From: Candidatus Moraniibacteriota bacterium
GTDB taxonomy: Bacteria; Patescibacteriota; Minisyncoccia; Moranbacterales; UBA1568
Assembly: GCA_028711705.1 (NCBI GenBank)
Contig: JAQTRS010000005.1
Span: 1-62,397, forward strand
Length of the DNA stretch: 62,397 bases
Reading direction: 5' to 3'
Shown piece by piece: positions 1 to 9,407 of this stretch. Made by a program: the position numbers and the translations under genes. The notes beneath the pieces are model-generated. The model had not been told where the DNA came from, searched no databases, and saw only the letters and a program-made list of their open reading frames with translations. The first letter of the stretch is position 1. Each line of letters begins with the position of its first letter.

Positions 1-238
1 AATCTCTTATTGATTTCTATTCCTCCTGCTACTAAGATGTTTCAATTCGCAGGGTTAGCTTTACCGACCTATGTATTCAGTCGTGTAATTCTTTGCTCGA
101 AGCAAAGAGGGTTATCCCATTCGGACACCCCCGGATCAAAGCTTGTTTGGCAGCTCCCCGAGGCTTTTCGCAGCCTACTACGTCCTTCATCGCTCGCTTC
201 AGTCAAGGCATCCACCATATACGTTAGTAACATTTTCT
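1..238 (-). rRNA. rrl: 23S rRNA, 5' end only (gene runs off the left edge)
   Basis: The reverse complement reads ...GTATATGGTGGATGCCTTGACTGAAGCGAGCGATGAAGGACGTAGTAGGCTGCGAAAAGCC...GGTGTCCGAATGGGATAACCC...GCGAATTGAAACATCTTAGTAGCAGGAGGAA. These are the conserved blocks of bacterial 23S domain I. The 5' boundary is approximate. Confidence 0.9.
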
Positions 239-426
239 TCTTTTAGTCCGTAAGACTCCTGTCTTGCGACACGATCCTCACGGACAAACGGTTAACAGTT
301 TATAATAACCGAAGTTACGATAAACCATTCTTCCGGTGTTATCTTCTTCTTTGTTAACCTACTTATAAGACTCGTCATGCCACCGTCCGGTTCTTTCCGC
401 ACGCAGACAGCATTCACAACAAGACC

Positions 427-444
427 ATAAATTGTTAAAGTTCC
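427..444 (-). promoter_or_regulatory. boxA-like rRNA antitermination element
   Basis: The minus strand reads GGAACTTTAACAATTTAT. CTTTAACAATTTAT matches the E. coli rrn leader boxA region (TGCTCTTTAACAATTTAT). It lies between the candidate promoter and the 23S 5' end. Confidence 0.5.
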
Positions 445-453
445 TATTCTGCG

Positions 454-495
454 GAAATGAAAGTCAAAACAAAAACCCGCCTTGACTTTCATTTC
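454..495 (-). promoter_or_regulatory. perfect 14-bp stem hairpin (boxB-like) in the 23S leader
   Basis: GAAATGAAAGTCAA (454-467) is the exact reverse complement of TTGACTTTCATTTC (482-495), with a 14-nt loop. On the minus strand it sits immediately 5' of the boxA-like element. Confidence 0.45.
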
Positions 496-544
496 AGCAC
501 AACCATACTCAATTCATTGCTTTCGTTTGCAGCAGGTATTTACC

Positions 545-572
545 ATAATAACAGATACAAAAATGCTGTCAA
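545..572 (-). promoter_or_regulatory. candidate sigma70-type promoter for the 23S rRNA transcript
   Basis: The minus strand reads TTGACA-16 nt-TATTAT. It lies downstream of the terminator of the preceding gene and about 310 nt upstream of the 23S 5' end. Confidence 0.5.
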
Positions 573-728
573 GCTTTTTGGGTCTGCATGGTGCCCTGGT
601 CCAAAAACCCGCTCAGAATGAGGGTTGTTTTATGCACCATATGCACAAGATATCCACCGCACGCGCATTCTTTTTTCGCCTGGAATCGCAGGGGCGTGAT
701 AAGCCTGAAAAAAGAGATTTCAAATCGC

Positions 729-766
729 AAAAAAGGTAAAGGAACGCTCGTTGAACGTTCCTTTTT
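729..766. terminator. bidirectional rho-independent terminator (serves CDS 786-1586)
   Basis: Stem AGGAACG (740-746) pairs with CGTTCCT (756-762). An A-run lies on the left and a T-run on the right. Confidence 0.6.
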
Positions 767-785
767 GTTGAAGATCAACCCCGGT

Positions 786-1586
786 TTATTGAGGGAACAA
801 CCGTTCTTGCTCCCCCGTCGGCGCATACATACTGATCGCATTCGCCCAAAGGTTGTGATACTTCCAAGGGAATTCCTCCTCCGGAAGCGGTTGCAAAAAC
901 CAGTGTGCATCGGAATCGACCGAAGATACGAGCCTCGGCAATCTTCTTTTGATGTTTGAGAAGTATTCCCGATAGTATTCGACCGGGCTCACATTCATCA
1001 CTTGAAAACATAAGGACATGGTGCCGCGCCGCATCGCATCGTTGCCCGAATGGATCTCGTGCAGGGCTTCACCCAAACCGACCAGTTTGTCCGCAAGCTT
1101 CACCAGCTCGCTTTCAAAGGTGGCGACTTCCCGTGCCGCGTCCAGCAATAATACGGCATATGAGTATTTCTCATGCCACAGCCGCTTTGGATACTGCACT
1201 ATGGCTTTTTGAATACCCCTATATTCATCCTCCCACAGCAACTCCTTTTGTTGATCGTTCAAATGCGCCCTGTCAGCCGACTGGAAGTCCCCAGCCTCCA
1301 TGAAGGGCTCGTGATCATCGTGGATATACGCCTGGATAATCGCCCGGATAGGATCGAAAGCATCTCCCTGATGCCTGATCAGGAAAGGGATAAGGTATCG
1401 CACCATCGCCGCCACCTGGTGCTGATGAGAATCGAGGTCCGTCGGGAATATCGTCCGGTAGTTCCCGTACCGGATAATGCTCCTCAAATAACGCTCTCGC
1501 TCCGCGAAAGCTGCGAATACAATCCCATAAAATCCCAGCGGATTACTGAAAGCCGGGTCCTGATAGCAAAAGTTATAGCCGGTCAT
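786..1586 (-). CDS. HD-domain-like phosphohydrolase family protein (hypothetical)
   Basis: The ORF contains H..HQ and IHDDHE histidine/aspartate motifs. ATG at 1586 is preferred over the GTG at 1649 because a GAGAGG Shine-Dalgarno sequence lies about 8 nt upstream. Confidence 0.55.
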   Translation of the reverse strand: MTGYNFCYQDPAFSNPLGFYGIVFAAFAERERYLRSIIRYGNYRTIFPTDLDSHQHQVAAMVRYLIPFLIRHQGDAFDPIRAIIQAYIHDDHEPFMEAGDFQSADRAHLNDQQKELLWEDEYRGIQKAIVQYPKRLWHEKYSYAVLLLDAAREVATFESELVKLADKLVGLGEALHEIHSGNDAMRRGTMSLCFQVMNVSPVEYYREYFSNIKRRLPRLVSSVDSDAHWFLQPLPEEEFPWKYHNLWANAISMYAPTGEQERLFPQ

Positions 1587-1777
1587 GTTTGTGCCTCTCG
1601 ATTGGTAATGTGCTTGGAATATATCCCATTTTCGTAGGACTACCCTCACTATAGAAGAAAACCTGCTTTAGTCAATACGTCTGTAACAAAAACAGGCCGC
1701 CAACCCCCTCGCTGGAACGAGTCGGTTGCGACCTGCATTGAAAGCTCTGCGCCTGAGCGTTCCATCGACCATCGGGA

Positions 1778-4423
1778 TTACGGTACGAGAGGATCCGAAG
1801 ATGGGGTGATCGGCGCGGCCGGCAAGGTGTTCGTGGCCGGCACTTGCGTTTCCGGAGCGATCGGGGCGGCCGGAGGGATGATGCTTGGAACCGCGCTTTC
1901 GGAGGCCCTCGCATCCGAAGCCGCTACATTATTGGACTTCCCCGCCCTCACATTATCGATGAACGTTTGTATCTGCTTTTTCGCCGTCTCGGTATTGTCA
2001 CCGGAAATGAGTGATTTCACCTTCTCATACGCCTTGATGGCATCATCCTTGCGATCGGTCTGCTCATATACCAAACCGAGTGTCAAATAAGCATTGAGGC
2101 TCTTGTCGTTATCAGCCAAAATCTCCTTGAGCAGCACCTCGGCCAATTTCAGATCATCCTCCTTGCCGCGGATACGGAGCAATCGGGCAAGGTTATACTT
2201 CAACTCATCCGCGTCCGCGCCGGTTCGATTGACACGGATACCTCGTGCGAATGAAGTGATGGCAGCATCGACATCTCCGGACGCCTCCTGCGCCAAACCG
2301 AGATTGAAGTAACCGAGCGCGAAATCCGGCTTCTCATCGATGGACTTCTGAAACAGTGAGACGGATTCGGCAAGGAGCGTCTTTTGCTCATCCGCTTTCG
2401 CGGAGTTTGCCAATGTTTTCTTTATCTGTCCTAATTTCACGAAATATATCGGGTTATGCGGCTCGAGTGCCGAAGCCTGTTCATAGGCTTTCTGCATAGC
2501 GTTGAGAAGATCAGGATTCATGCCTGAAACGAACAGGGTATTCTCATAGGTCTGAGCCAAAACTTCCTGCACGATGATATCGTTCGGAGACATGGTTTGT
2601 GCCGCTTTAGCGAAACCATTAGCCGACTCGACATATTTTTTGAGCGCATCAGTATCACGGTCCTTCTCCGGCTTATTCAATTCCTGGGATGCCATAGTCA
2701 GATAGATCTGGCCAAGATAGCTCATGTAACGGCTCTCTTGCGGCATGTACTGAGAGGCTTTGGTCATTTTCGTCACACCATCGGCGTCTCCGAGCGACGA
2801 TTCCATAGCCTGCGCAGCCAAAACATCCGACCAGAAAGCCTTGCCGATAAAAGCGAAGGTGAAGGCGACTCCCGCGCTTACCACCAAGAAGACAAAAGCG
2901 AGGGCGAGGGCGAACTTCGGCGAAGATTGCAACGAAAGATTCAGATACGATTCATCAGACTGGCTTTCTTTCATCAGCACCGCCAAAGCGAGGGCTGCGA
3001 TAAGAACGCCGAGAATGAGAATCGATCCATTGAACTGCTTCGACAAGGCGGCTACCAGCATCACCGTCACCATGCTCCATAATCCCAAAGAAAGGAACTT
3101 GTTATGCTCCTTCTTCTGCGCCAAAAGGAAGAGCCCGACACTGACGAAAGAAAGGAGCAGGATGGTGAATGCGATCACGCCGAGCACGCCGATGGTCGAA
3201 ATAGCCTCAAGGTAAAGTCCCGTCCCTTGACTGAATCGCAAATTGCTCAACGGTTGCTGATTGTATTCTTGCGGTCGATAGAGCGAAAAATCATAGCCGT
3301 ATGTCGCAGGACCGGAGCCGAGAAATAGATTATTCTTCGTCGATTCCTTGGCGATTTCCCACGAAAGCTTCATATTAGGAGTCGCTTCTACAGGCAGGGT
3401 CGTTTTGAGATTGATCGGGGATCCGATCATATAGAATGCCAGCAAGATGACCAGCACGAGCATCGGAAGCCAGGTCAGCCGTTCCTCCATCTTGACCACC
3501 TGCGCCAAGATATAGAGCAGAAAAAACGAGAAGCCACCGATAACCGCAAGCCATGAGACATAAGGGAAGAGTAAGAATAGCAGGATCAAGTCAAGCACGA
3601 TACCCACAGCAAGTCCAGCCATCAAGGATAGCTTGAAAAGTCTTCCTCGATCAGGCAGCGATTGCAGCACGGACATAGCGGCAATGAAAAGCGGCAGCAT
3701 CGCGCCCAAGAGAATCATCAAGGATGTGATCGACCCGAGAAGCGACATCGGAGCATAACGCTCGATGGATGATGGCAGAAAATGCACGCCGGATACTACC
3801 AAAAGCGACCATACCATAACTATGAAAGCGGACGTCAGCAATGCAGATAGCATGATATACATCCTCTTTATTGTGAAATGGGAAAGCACCAAATAATACG
3901 CGATTATCAGGGAAATGACGCTCAAAACACCGCGGGAAGGGTCTCCGAACGATCCCCAAAAACTGTGCCAACGGTCCACCGAAAACGCGGCGCTTGCGAT
4001 ATAGGCGACAGCGAAAATCAGGATCGGAATATCCAGTGGTGTCCTACGGATCTTCATCTCGCCCACAATAACCCCCTTAGAGACCCAGCTCACGATGGCC
4101 AAAAGAAGCCAGAAATAAAAATACATCTCCTTCTCGAAGGCTAACCCCTGAAGCGTCAGTCCGGTAAAAAATACGGGTAATCCGAAGAAAAGCGCCGCCA
4201 GACTCACGGAAACAACACCGTCCAAAAGGCGTGTCGTGAAGGTTTCCTTCACTGATTTGTCTTGGGTTTTTGTCTGTTCTGCGTTGCGAAGAGGGAAAGA
4301 GAATTTCCCGCTTCCGCCCATAGGGACAGGTGCCGGAGGAGGAGTCGTCCTCTCTTTATCATTCATCAACGGATATACTTGTGATGTGGTATTCCCCACC
4401 GGGATACGCCGTTCTCCTTCCAT
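1778..4423 (-). CDS. polytopic membrane protein, O-antigen ligase (Wzy_C)-like, fused to C-terminal TPR repeats and a Pro-rich tail
   Basis: 881-aa ORF. It has about 12 hydrophobic helices followed by repeated TPR-like A/Y/L patterns (ALGYFNLGLAQEASGDVDAAITSF, YLTLGLVYEQTDRKDDAIKAYEK). Confidence 0.6.
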   Translation of the reverse strand: MEGERRIPVGNTTSQVYPLMNDKERTTPPPAPVPMGGSGKFSFPLRNAEQTKTQDKSVKETFTTRLLDGVVSVSLAALFFGLPVFFTGLTLQGLAFEKEMYFYFWLLLAIVSWVSKGVIVGEMKIRRTPLDIPILIFAVAYIASAAFSVDRWHSFWGSFGDPSRGVLSVISLIIAYYLVLSHFTIKRMYIMLSALLTSAFIVMVWSLLVVSGVHFLPSSIERYAPMSLLGSITSLMILLGAMLPLFIAAMSVLQSLPDRGRLFKLSLMAGLAVGIVLDLILLFLLFPYVSWLAVIGGFSFFLLYILAQVVKMEERLTWLPMLVLVILLAFYMIGSPINLKTTLPVEATPNMKLSWEIAKESTKNNLFLGSGPATYGYDFSLYRPQEYNQQPLSNLRFSQGTGLYLEAISTIGVLGVIAFTILLLSFVSVGLFLLAQKKEHNKFLSLGLWSMVTVMLVAALSKQFNGSILILGVLIAALALAVLMKESQSDESYLNLSLQSSPKFALALAFVFLVVSAGVAFTFAFIGKAFWSDVLAAQAMESSLGDADGVTKMTKASQYMPQESRYMSYLGQIYLTMASQELNKPEKDRDTDALKKYVESANGFAKAAQTMSPNDIIVQEVLAQTYENTLFVSGMNPDLLNAMQKAYEQASALEPHNPIYFVKLGQIKKTLANSAKADEQKTLLAESVSLFQKSIDEKPDFALGYFNLGLAQEASGDVDAAITSFARGIRVNRTGADADELKYNLARLLRIRGKEDDLKLAEVLLKEILADNDKSLNAYLTLGLVYEQTDRKDDAIKAYEKVKSLISGDNTETAKKQIQTFIDNVRAGKSNNVAASDARASESAVPSIIPPAAPIAPETQVPATNTLPAAPITPSSDPLVP

Positions 4424-4543
4424 ATATTTTTTGTTACTTATTTTTGAAATTCCATTTCCCTAGTATACACCAAAATTTCCTCGCTATCTATCATGTGATA
4501 ATTTTTCCCTCAAAACATCGGCGAAATACCCCTTGCATGCGTT

Positions 4544-5233
4544 CTATTTTTTCATCGCCCAGCCGAACGTGTCGGTCACGGCACCGGAGATCAAATCGAA
4601 CAACGAGGTGGATTTGGTGCCGGTATAGACCGCATATGAATCGGTAGAAATCTCATTTCCGGAACGGTCCTTGGCGGTAATGACATAGACATAGGCCGAG
4701 GCCTGATCCAACCCGGTCAGGATAATGCTATGATTGAGACCATAGCCGTCTTCCCCGACTGTCTTCACCGCGTCGGTACCGTTTTTCCCATACTTGATGG
4801 CAGAGGTGGCGAGTTTGGTCGTCTTCCAGGTAATCAGGACGTTGACGTCTTTCTTGTCCTTGTTCATGAAGGCCTCGCCTCGCACCGACCCGACTTCCAA
4901 TGGACCGATATCCTGCATATCCGAGGAGGCGATCGTAACATCCCCGCCCAGGGCCACCTGTCCGAGCGTATAGTTTTCGCTCTTCAAAGACCCTGGCAAC
5001 GCCACATCCGATTCTCCCAAAACGATGCCCTCGGAAACTGTGTCCGCCGTATTGGCGGAAGAAGCGACGTCTTGCGCGGGATTATCCTGCGAACTTCCGA
5101 CATTTTTTTGAGCCGACACCTCGCCACGGAAGAGCAATGCGCCGAAAAAGGCTACGGCGCCAAGACCGGCCAACATCACGATGGCGCTCAGCCACATACT
5201 CTGTTTGGATGTTCGTATTTCTTTTTCTCTCAT
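4544..5233 (-). CDS. membrane-anchored protein with a fibronectin-III/PAP-N-like beta domain
   Basis: It has an N-terminal TM helix (WLSAIVMLAGLGAVAFFGALLF). The C-terminal part reads VLITWKTTKLATSAIKYGKNG...HSIILTGLDQASAYVYVITAKDRSGNE. Confidence 0.5.
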   Translation of the reverse strand: MREKEIRTSKQSMWLSAIVMLAGLGAVAFFGALLFRGEVSAQKNVGSSQDNPAQDVASSANTADTVSEGIVLGESDVALPGSLKSENYTLGQVALGGDVTIASSDMQDIGPLEVGSVRGEAFMNKDKKDVNVLITWKTTKLATSAIKYGKNGTDAVKTVGEDGYGLNHSIILTGLDQASAYVYVITAKDRSGNEISTDSYAVYTGTKSTSLFDLISGAVTDTFGWAMKK

Positions 5234-5265
5234 AGTATATTCCTCAAAATGATACGCGGGACGCT

Positions 5266-6195
5266 TTATTGAACGGCTTCTCGCGTCAAACGATCCATAA
5301 GGTGGGTCAGATCCTCTTCGCCGTAGTACTCGATGACTATTTTTCCTCCCTTGCCCGCCTTATTGATCCTCACCTTCGTTCCGAAAATTTCCGCCAGATG
5401 CTCTTCTTTTTCTCTGAGCACGGGATCTGCGGCCAAGGTGCGCTTCGGCGTATGCGTTGAGACTTCCCGCGCTTTCGCCTCCGCTTCACGCACCGTCAAT
5501 CCGTTCGCGATGATCATCTCGAACAAAGCGCGTTGCTTTTCCGGATTATCCAAAGCCAAAAGCGCCTTGGCATGACCCTCGCTTATCCTGCCCTCTGTGA
5601 GTGCTCGCTGGATTTCCACGGGAAGCTGGAGCAAGCGGGAGATATTGGCCACAGCGCTTCGGCTTTTGCCCATCTTTTTGGCCACCGCTTCCTGACTGAG
5701 ACCGAATTCGTCCATCAATTTTCGGTACGCCTTGGCCTCTTCGATAGGATTGAGATCGTGCCTTTGGACATTCTCGATAATCGCCAACTCGAATTTCTGC
5801 TGATCCTTCGCCTCGCGCACGATAACCGGGACGCTTTTGATGCCGGCGAGCTTGGCAGCCTGGAAACGACGCTCCCCGGCGATGAGCTCATACTGTTTCT
5901 CGCCGTTCTTCGTGACGATCAGCGGCTGCAAAATGCCATGCTCCTTGATGGATTCGGAAAGCTCCGCCAATTTTTCTTCACTGAAATAGATACGCGGCTG
6001 ATGCGGGTTGGGGACGATCTCCTCGACCGCTATCTCAAGCACCTTGCCCGTCTCATCTTTCACTTCCATCGGCGCCTCAAACGATACGACGCTCCCTGCG
6101 GAAACTGCCTGCTTCGCGATCGGTGCGACTGGCGCGTTTTTTTTCGGAGGGATGAGCGATGCGAGCCCCCGCCCTAGTCCATGTTGCTGAGCCAT
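5266..6195 (-). CDS. parB: chromosome partitioning protein ParB/Spo0J
   Basis: It carries GLGRGLASLIP, ILQPLIV..ELIAGERRFQAAK and an HTH block (QEAVAKKMGKSRSAVANISRLL). Confidence 0.95.
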   Translation of the reverse strand: MAQQHGLGRGLASLIPPKKNAPVAPIAKQAVSAGSVVSFEAPMEVKDETGKVLEIAVEEIVPNPHQPRIYFSEEKLAELSESIKEHGILQPLIVTKNGEKQYELIAGERRFQAAKLAGIKSVPVIVREAKDQQKFELAIIENVQRHDLNPIEEAKAYRKLMDEFGLSQEAVAKKMGKSRSAVANISRLLQLPVEIQRALTEGRISEGHAKALLALDNPEKQRALFEMIIANGLTVREAEAKAREVSTHTPKRTLAADPVLREKEEHLAEIFGTKVRINKAGKGGKIVIEYYGEEDLTHLMDRLTREAVQ

Positions 6196-6212
6196 TTTCT
6201 TATATCTAAAAA

Positions 6213-7061
6213 TTACACCCTCTTGATTTCCTTCTTGGGAGCCGGGGCAGGGTTTTCAGGAACGATATCTTGCCTTTCTGAAGCCTCTTTCCGTTCTTCT
6301 TCGTCGCGCGCCAGGATTTCTTTCGCTACCGCCTTATACGCTCTGGCGCCCTTTGAAAACGCATCGAAATCGAGTATGGATTTTCCGTAGCTCGGCGCCT
6401 CTGCCAAACGGACCGATCGCGGGATGACGCTTTGGAACACATAGCCGGGAAAGTGCGTGTTAACCTCTTGCACCACCTGTCTTGCCAAACGATTGCGCCT
6501 GTCATAGAGTGTCAGAAGCGCCCCCATGATCTTGAGTTTCGGATGCAGGTTCTCACGGATCAATTCGATCGTCGCCAAAAGCTGGCTCAATCCTTCCAGC
6601 GCATAGTACTCGGTCTGTACCGGAATGATCACTTCATCGCTCGCGGTCAATCCGTTGATGGTCAAAAGTCCGAGGCTCGGAGGGCTATCGATAAAGATAT
6701 AGTCGTAGTGAGGGCGGAGGGCCTGCAACACACGGACCAATCGGTATTCGCGATTGTCCATTCCCATCATCTCGACTTCCGCGCCCGCCAAATCCTGCGC
6801 CGAAGGGATGAGATGCTGATCGGGCACATTCGTCTGGAAGACGATACCTTCCGGAGATTCGCCCAGTATCATGGCATGGTACAGGTTCTTCGTAAGCGCC
6901 CGGGTGTCCACGCCCAAACCCGATGAGGCGTTGCCCTGAGGATCCAGATCCACCAGCAAGACTTTTTTGCCAGCCGATGCCAGATAGTGCGCGATATTGA
7001 TCGTCGAAGTAGTCTTTCCTACCCCACCTTTCTGATTGACGACTGCGATAACTTTTGCCAT
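6213..7061 (-). CDS. parA: chromosome partitioning ATPase ParA/Soj
   Basis: It has the deviant Walker A motif VVNQKGGVGKTTSTINIA and the block LLVDLDPQGNASSGLG. Confidence 0.95.
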   Translation of the reverse strand: MAKVIAVVNQKGGVGKTTSTINIAHYLASAGKKVLLVDLDPQGNASSGLGVDTRALTKNLYHAMILGESPEGIVFQTNVPDQHLIPSAQDLAGAEVEMMGMDNREYRLVRVLQALRPHYDYIFIDSPPSLGLLTINGLTASDEVIIPVQTEYYALEGLSQLLATIELIRENLHPKLKIMGALLTLYDRRNRLARQVVQEVNTHFPGYVFQSVIPRSVRLAEAPSYGKSILDFDAFSKGARAYKAVAKEILARDEEERKEASERQDIVPENPAPAPKKEIKRV

Positions 7062-7173
7062 AACTTAGAATCAGGAATAAAGAAGTAAGAATCAAGAGCA
7101 TCAAAACCGATAATCAGCACGACTATAAAGAGTACGCCGCTTGATTCTCCATTCTACACATCATTATACTCCA

Positions 7174-7202
7174 TTGACAAAACCTTATCAATTTTCTATG
7201 CT
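7174..7202 (+). promoter_or_regulatory. candidate promoter of tRNA-Leu
   Basis: TTGACA (7174-7179), a 17-nt spacer, then TATGCT (7197-7202). It lies 18 nt upstream of the tRNA. Confidence 0.6.
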
Positions 7203-7219
7203 GAAGAAGCCCTCAGATT

Positions 7220-7303
7220 GCCGCTGTGGTGGAATTGGTAGACGCGCTGGACTCAAAATCCAGTACTGGCAACAGTGTGTCGGTTCGAGTCCGACCAGCG
7301 GCA
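7220..7303 (+). tRNA. tRNA-Leu(CAA), long variable arm, CCA not encoded
   Basis: Acceptor GCCGCTG/CAGCGGC. The anticodon arm is CTGGA-CTCAAAA-TCCAG. The T-loop is GGTTCGAGTCC. Confidence 0.95.
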
Positions 7304-7308
7304 CAGAT

Positions 7309-7340
7309 AAAAAATCACTCCTTTTACAGGGTGATTTTTT
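7309..7340. terminator. bidirectional terminator between tRNA-Leu and folD
   Basis: AAAAAATCACTCC...GGGTGATTTTTT forms a hairpin flanked by an A-run and a T-run. Confidence 0.6.
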
Positions 7341-8169
7341 ATTTGCCTTGGGCGGCGAGAAACACATTTTCCAACAGGCACGCGATCGTCACGGGGCCCA
7401 CTCCCCCCGGAACGGGTGACACGAGAACATCTTTATCCTGCATGCTCGAAATATCCACATCCCCCACCACTTTATCCCCAACCTTGGCAATACCCCCATC
7501 GATCACGATCGCGCCCGGCTTGACCATATCCCCCGTCACAAAATTCGGGATACCGACAGCCGTCACGACGATATCGGCGGAAAGAATCTGCGCTTTCCGG
7601 CATGCTGCAGCATCTTGCCGCACGAATACTCCCTCGACACCGACGCGCGAGAGGGCGGTGAGCATCATCTGTCCGAAAACATCAGAATTCCCGATCACCA
7701 CCGCCCGCTTGCCTTCAAGCGGAATGCCAGCGGACGTCACTAGCTCCATAATCGCGCGAGGGAAAACGGGCGCCAGACGCTCCTTGCCCTCAAGGAAGAG
7801 CTGGATATTATCCGGATGGAAACCATCGACATCTTTGCTCGGATCAAGAGCGTCGATAATCACCTGCGTGTCAATGTGTTCCGGGAGCGGCAGCTGCACT
7901 AAGATGCCGGAAACCGCCTGATCAGCATTCAATAAAGCTATCTTTGCAAGCAAATCATCCTGAAAAACCGTCTCCGGCAGTATGATTTTTCGAAACTCTA
8001 TACCCACCGACAAAGCCGCCCTCTCCTTGAGATTGACGTAGATATGCGAGGCCGGGTCATCGCCCACGAGCAGCGCCGCAAAAACAGGTGCTCTGTCGCC
8101 CTGCGCTATGTTCCCTTGGATGCGCGAGAGGATATCCTCGGCTATTTTTTTACCGGAAAGCCTGTTCAT
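7339..8169 (-). CDS. folD: bifunctional methylenetetrahydrofolate dehydrogenase/cyclohydrolase
   Basis: It contains LVGDDPASHIYV, GILVQLPLP, DVDGFHP and PVPGGVGPVTIACLLEN. The start is set at MNRLSGKK (ATG 8169). Confidence 0.93.
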   Translation of the reverse strand: MNRLSGKKIAEDILSRIQGNIAQGDRAPVFAALLVGDDPASHIYVNLKERAALSVGIEFRKIILPETVFQDDLLAKIALLNADQAVSGILVQLPLPEHIDTQVIIDALDPSKDVDGFHPDNIQLFLEGKERLAPVFPRAIMELVTSAGIPLEGKRAVVIGNSDVFGQMMLTALSRVGVEGVFVRQDAAACRKAQILSADIVVTAVGIPNFVTGDMVKPGAIVIDGGIAKVGDKVVGDVDISSMQDKDVLVSPVPGGVGPVTIACLLENVFLAAQGK

Positions 8170-8254
8170 AGTGTGAGTATAGTATATTCCCCTGTGCTTA
8201 TCAACCATTGAAATTTTCCGCTCTTTCCTATAGAGTAAAGGGAATACCACCATT

Positions 8255-9394
8255 ATGCATCACCCGACTATCATCTTGGCTATCGAAACCTCCTGCGACG
8301 AAACCGCCGTGGCCATCGTTTCGCATTCGCCGAAAGCGACCGAGGTTTTGAGCAATATCGTTTCCTCCCAGATAGCCCTGCACGCTCCGTTTGGCGGGGT
8401 CGTGCCCGATCTGGCTGCCCGCGAACATGCCAAAAATATCCTCCCCGTCCTAAAAGAAGCCCTGGCTTCGGCACATATTTCCAAAAAGGACGTCACCGCG
8501 ATCGCGATCGCCAATGGCCCCGGGCTCATCCCCGCCCTCCTTATCGGCACCATCGCCGCCAAGACCTTGGCCTATGTCTGGAACAAACCACTGCTCGGCA
8601 TCCATCATATCGAGGGGCATATTTATGCTAATTTTATCAGCGAAAAATCCGATAACCAACATCCAATAACCAAAAAAGCAATCGAATTTCCATTGCTGGC
8701 ATTGGTGGTTTCCGGAGGGCACACCCAGCTCGTCTTGATGCGAAATCATTTCGACTATGAGATTCTCGGCGAAACACAAGATGATGCAGCTGGAGAAGCG
8801 TTCGACAAGGTCGCCAAGATGCTCGGTCTTCCCTATCCTGGTGGACCGATCGTCGCCAAACGGGCGGACGCTTTCCGATCAACAATTAACAGTCAACAAT
8901 CAGCAAAACCCCTGCGTCCGACAGACAATGCTACCCGTTTCCCTCGCCCGATGATCCATTCCAAAGATTATAATTTTTCTTTCTCGGGGCTCAAAACATC
9001 CGTCCTCTACACCATCAAGAAACACCCGGGACACGCGAAGGACGAGCAGTTTATGAACGAAATCTGCTATGAATTCCAAGAAGCGGTCATCGAAACGCTC
9101 GTCACCAAGACACGCCGGGCGATCGAGGAGTTCCATCCCAAAACCCTCGTTATCGCGGGAGGCGTTTCTGCCAACACCGCCCTCCGCGCCCGCCTGCAGC
9201 ATATGGTTCACGAAAACTTCCCCCAAACGACGTTCATAACCCCGGAATTCGCCTATTCCCTGGACAACGCCGCTATGATCGCCGCGGCCGCAGCTTTCCG
9301 ATGGGAACGTATGAGCGAAGAACAGAGGGCGACGGCTCAAGAGAATTGGAAAACGCTGCTTGCCGATTCCAACCTCACCCTTCAGGATTTATGA
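8255..9394 (+). CDS. tsaD: tRNA N6-adenosine threonylcarbamoyltransferase (Kae1/Gcp family)
   Basis: It contains ILAIETSCDETAVAIV, GVVPDLAAREH, LLGIHHIEGH and VSGGHTQL. Confidence 0.95.
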   Translation: MHHPTIILAIETSCDETAVAIVSHSPKATEVLSNIVSSQIALHAPFGGVVPDLAAREHAKNILPVLKEALASAHISKKDVTAIAIANGPGLIPALLIGTIAAKTLAYVWNKPLLGIHHIEGHIYANFISEKSDNQHPITKKAIEFPLLALVVSGGHTQLVLMRNHFDYEILGETQDDAAGEAFDKVAKMLGLPYPGGPIVAKRADAFRSTINSQQSAKPLRPTDNATRFPRPMIHSKDYNFSFSGLKTSVLYTIKKHPGHAKDEQFMNEICYEFQEAVIETLVTKTRRAIEEFHPKTLVIAGGVSANTALRARLQHMVHENFPQTTFITPEFAYSLDNAAMIAAAAAFRWERMSEEQRATAQENWKTLLADSNLTLQDL

Positions 9395-9407
9395 GAATAA
9401 AGGACTG

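Noticed and set aside
10-492. Short ORFs (10-246 +, 292-492 -) at the left edge.
   Set aside because: They overlap the 23S rRNA 5' domain and its leader. The region is explained by rRNA and regulatory elements.
7062-7150. A recurrent CTTGATTC motif (minus strand) lies 7-35 nt upstream of the parA (7061), AI-2E (37022) and M16 peptidase (38408) start codons. A reverse-complement copy lies at 7137-7146.
   Set aside because: There are only three or four instances in AT-rich, low-complexity leaders. The motif overlaps the TTGATT -35 variant used elsewhere. Without genome-wide statistics I cannot tell a translation or leaderless-promoter signal from chance.
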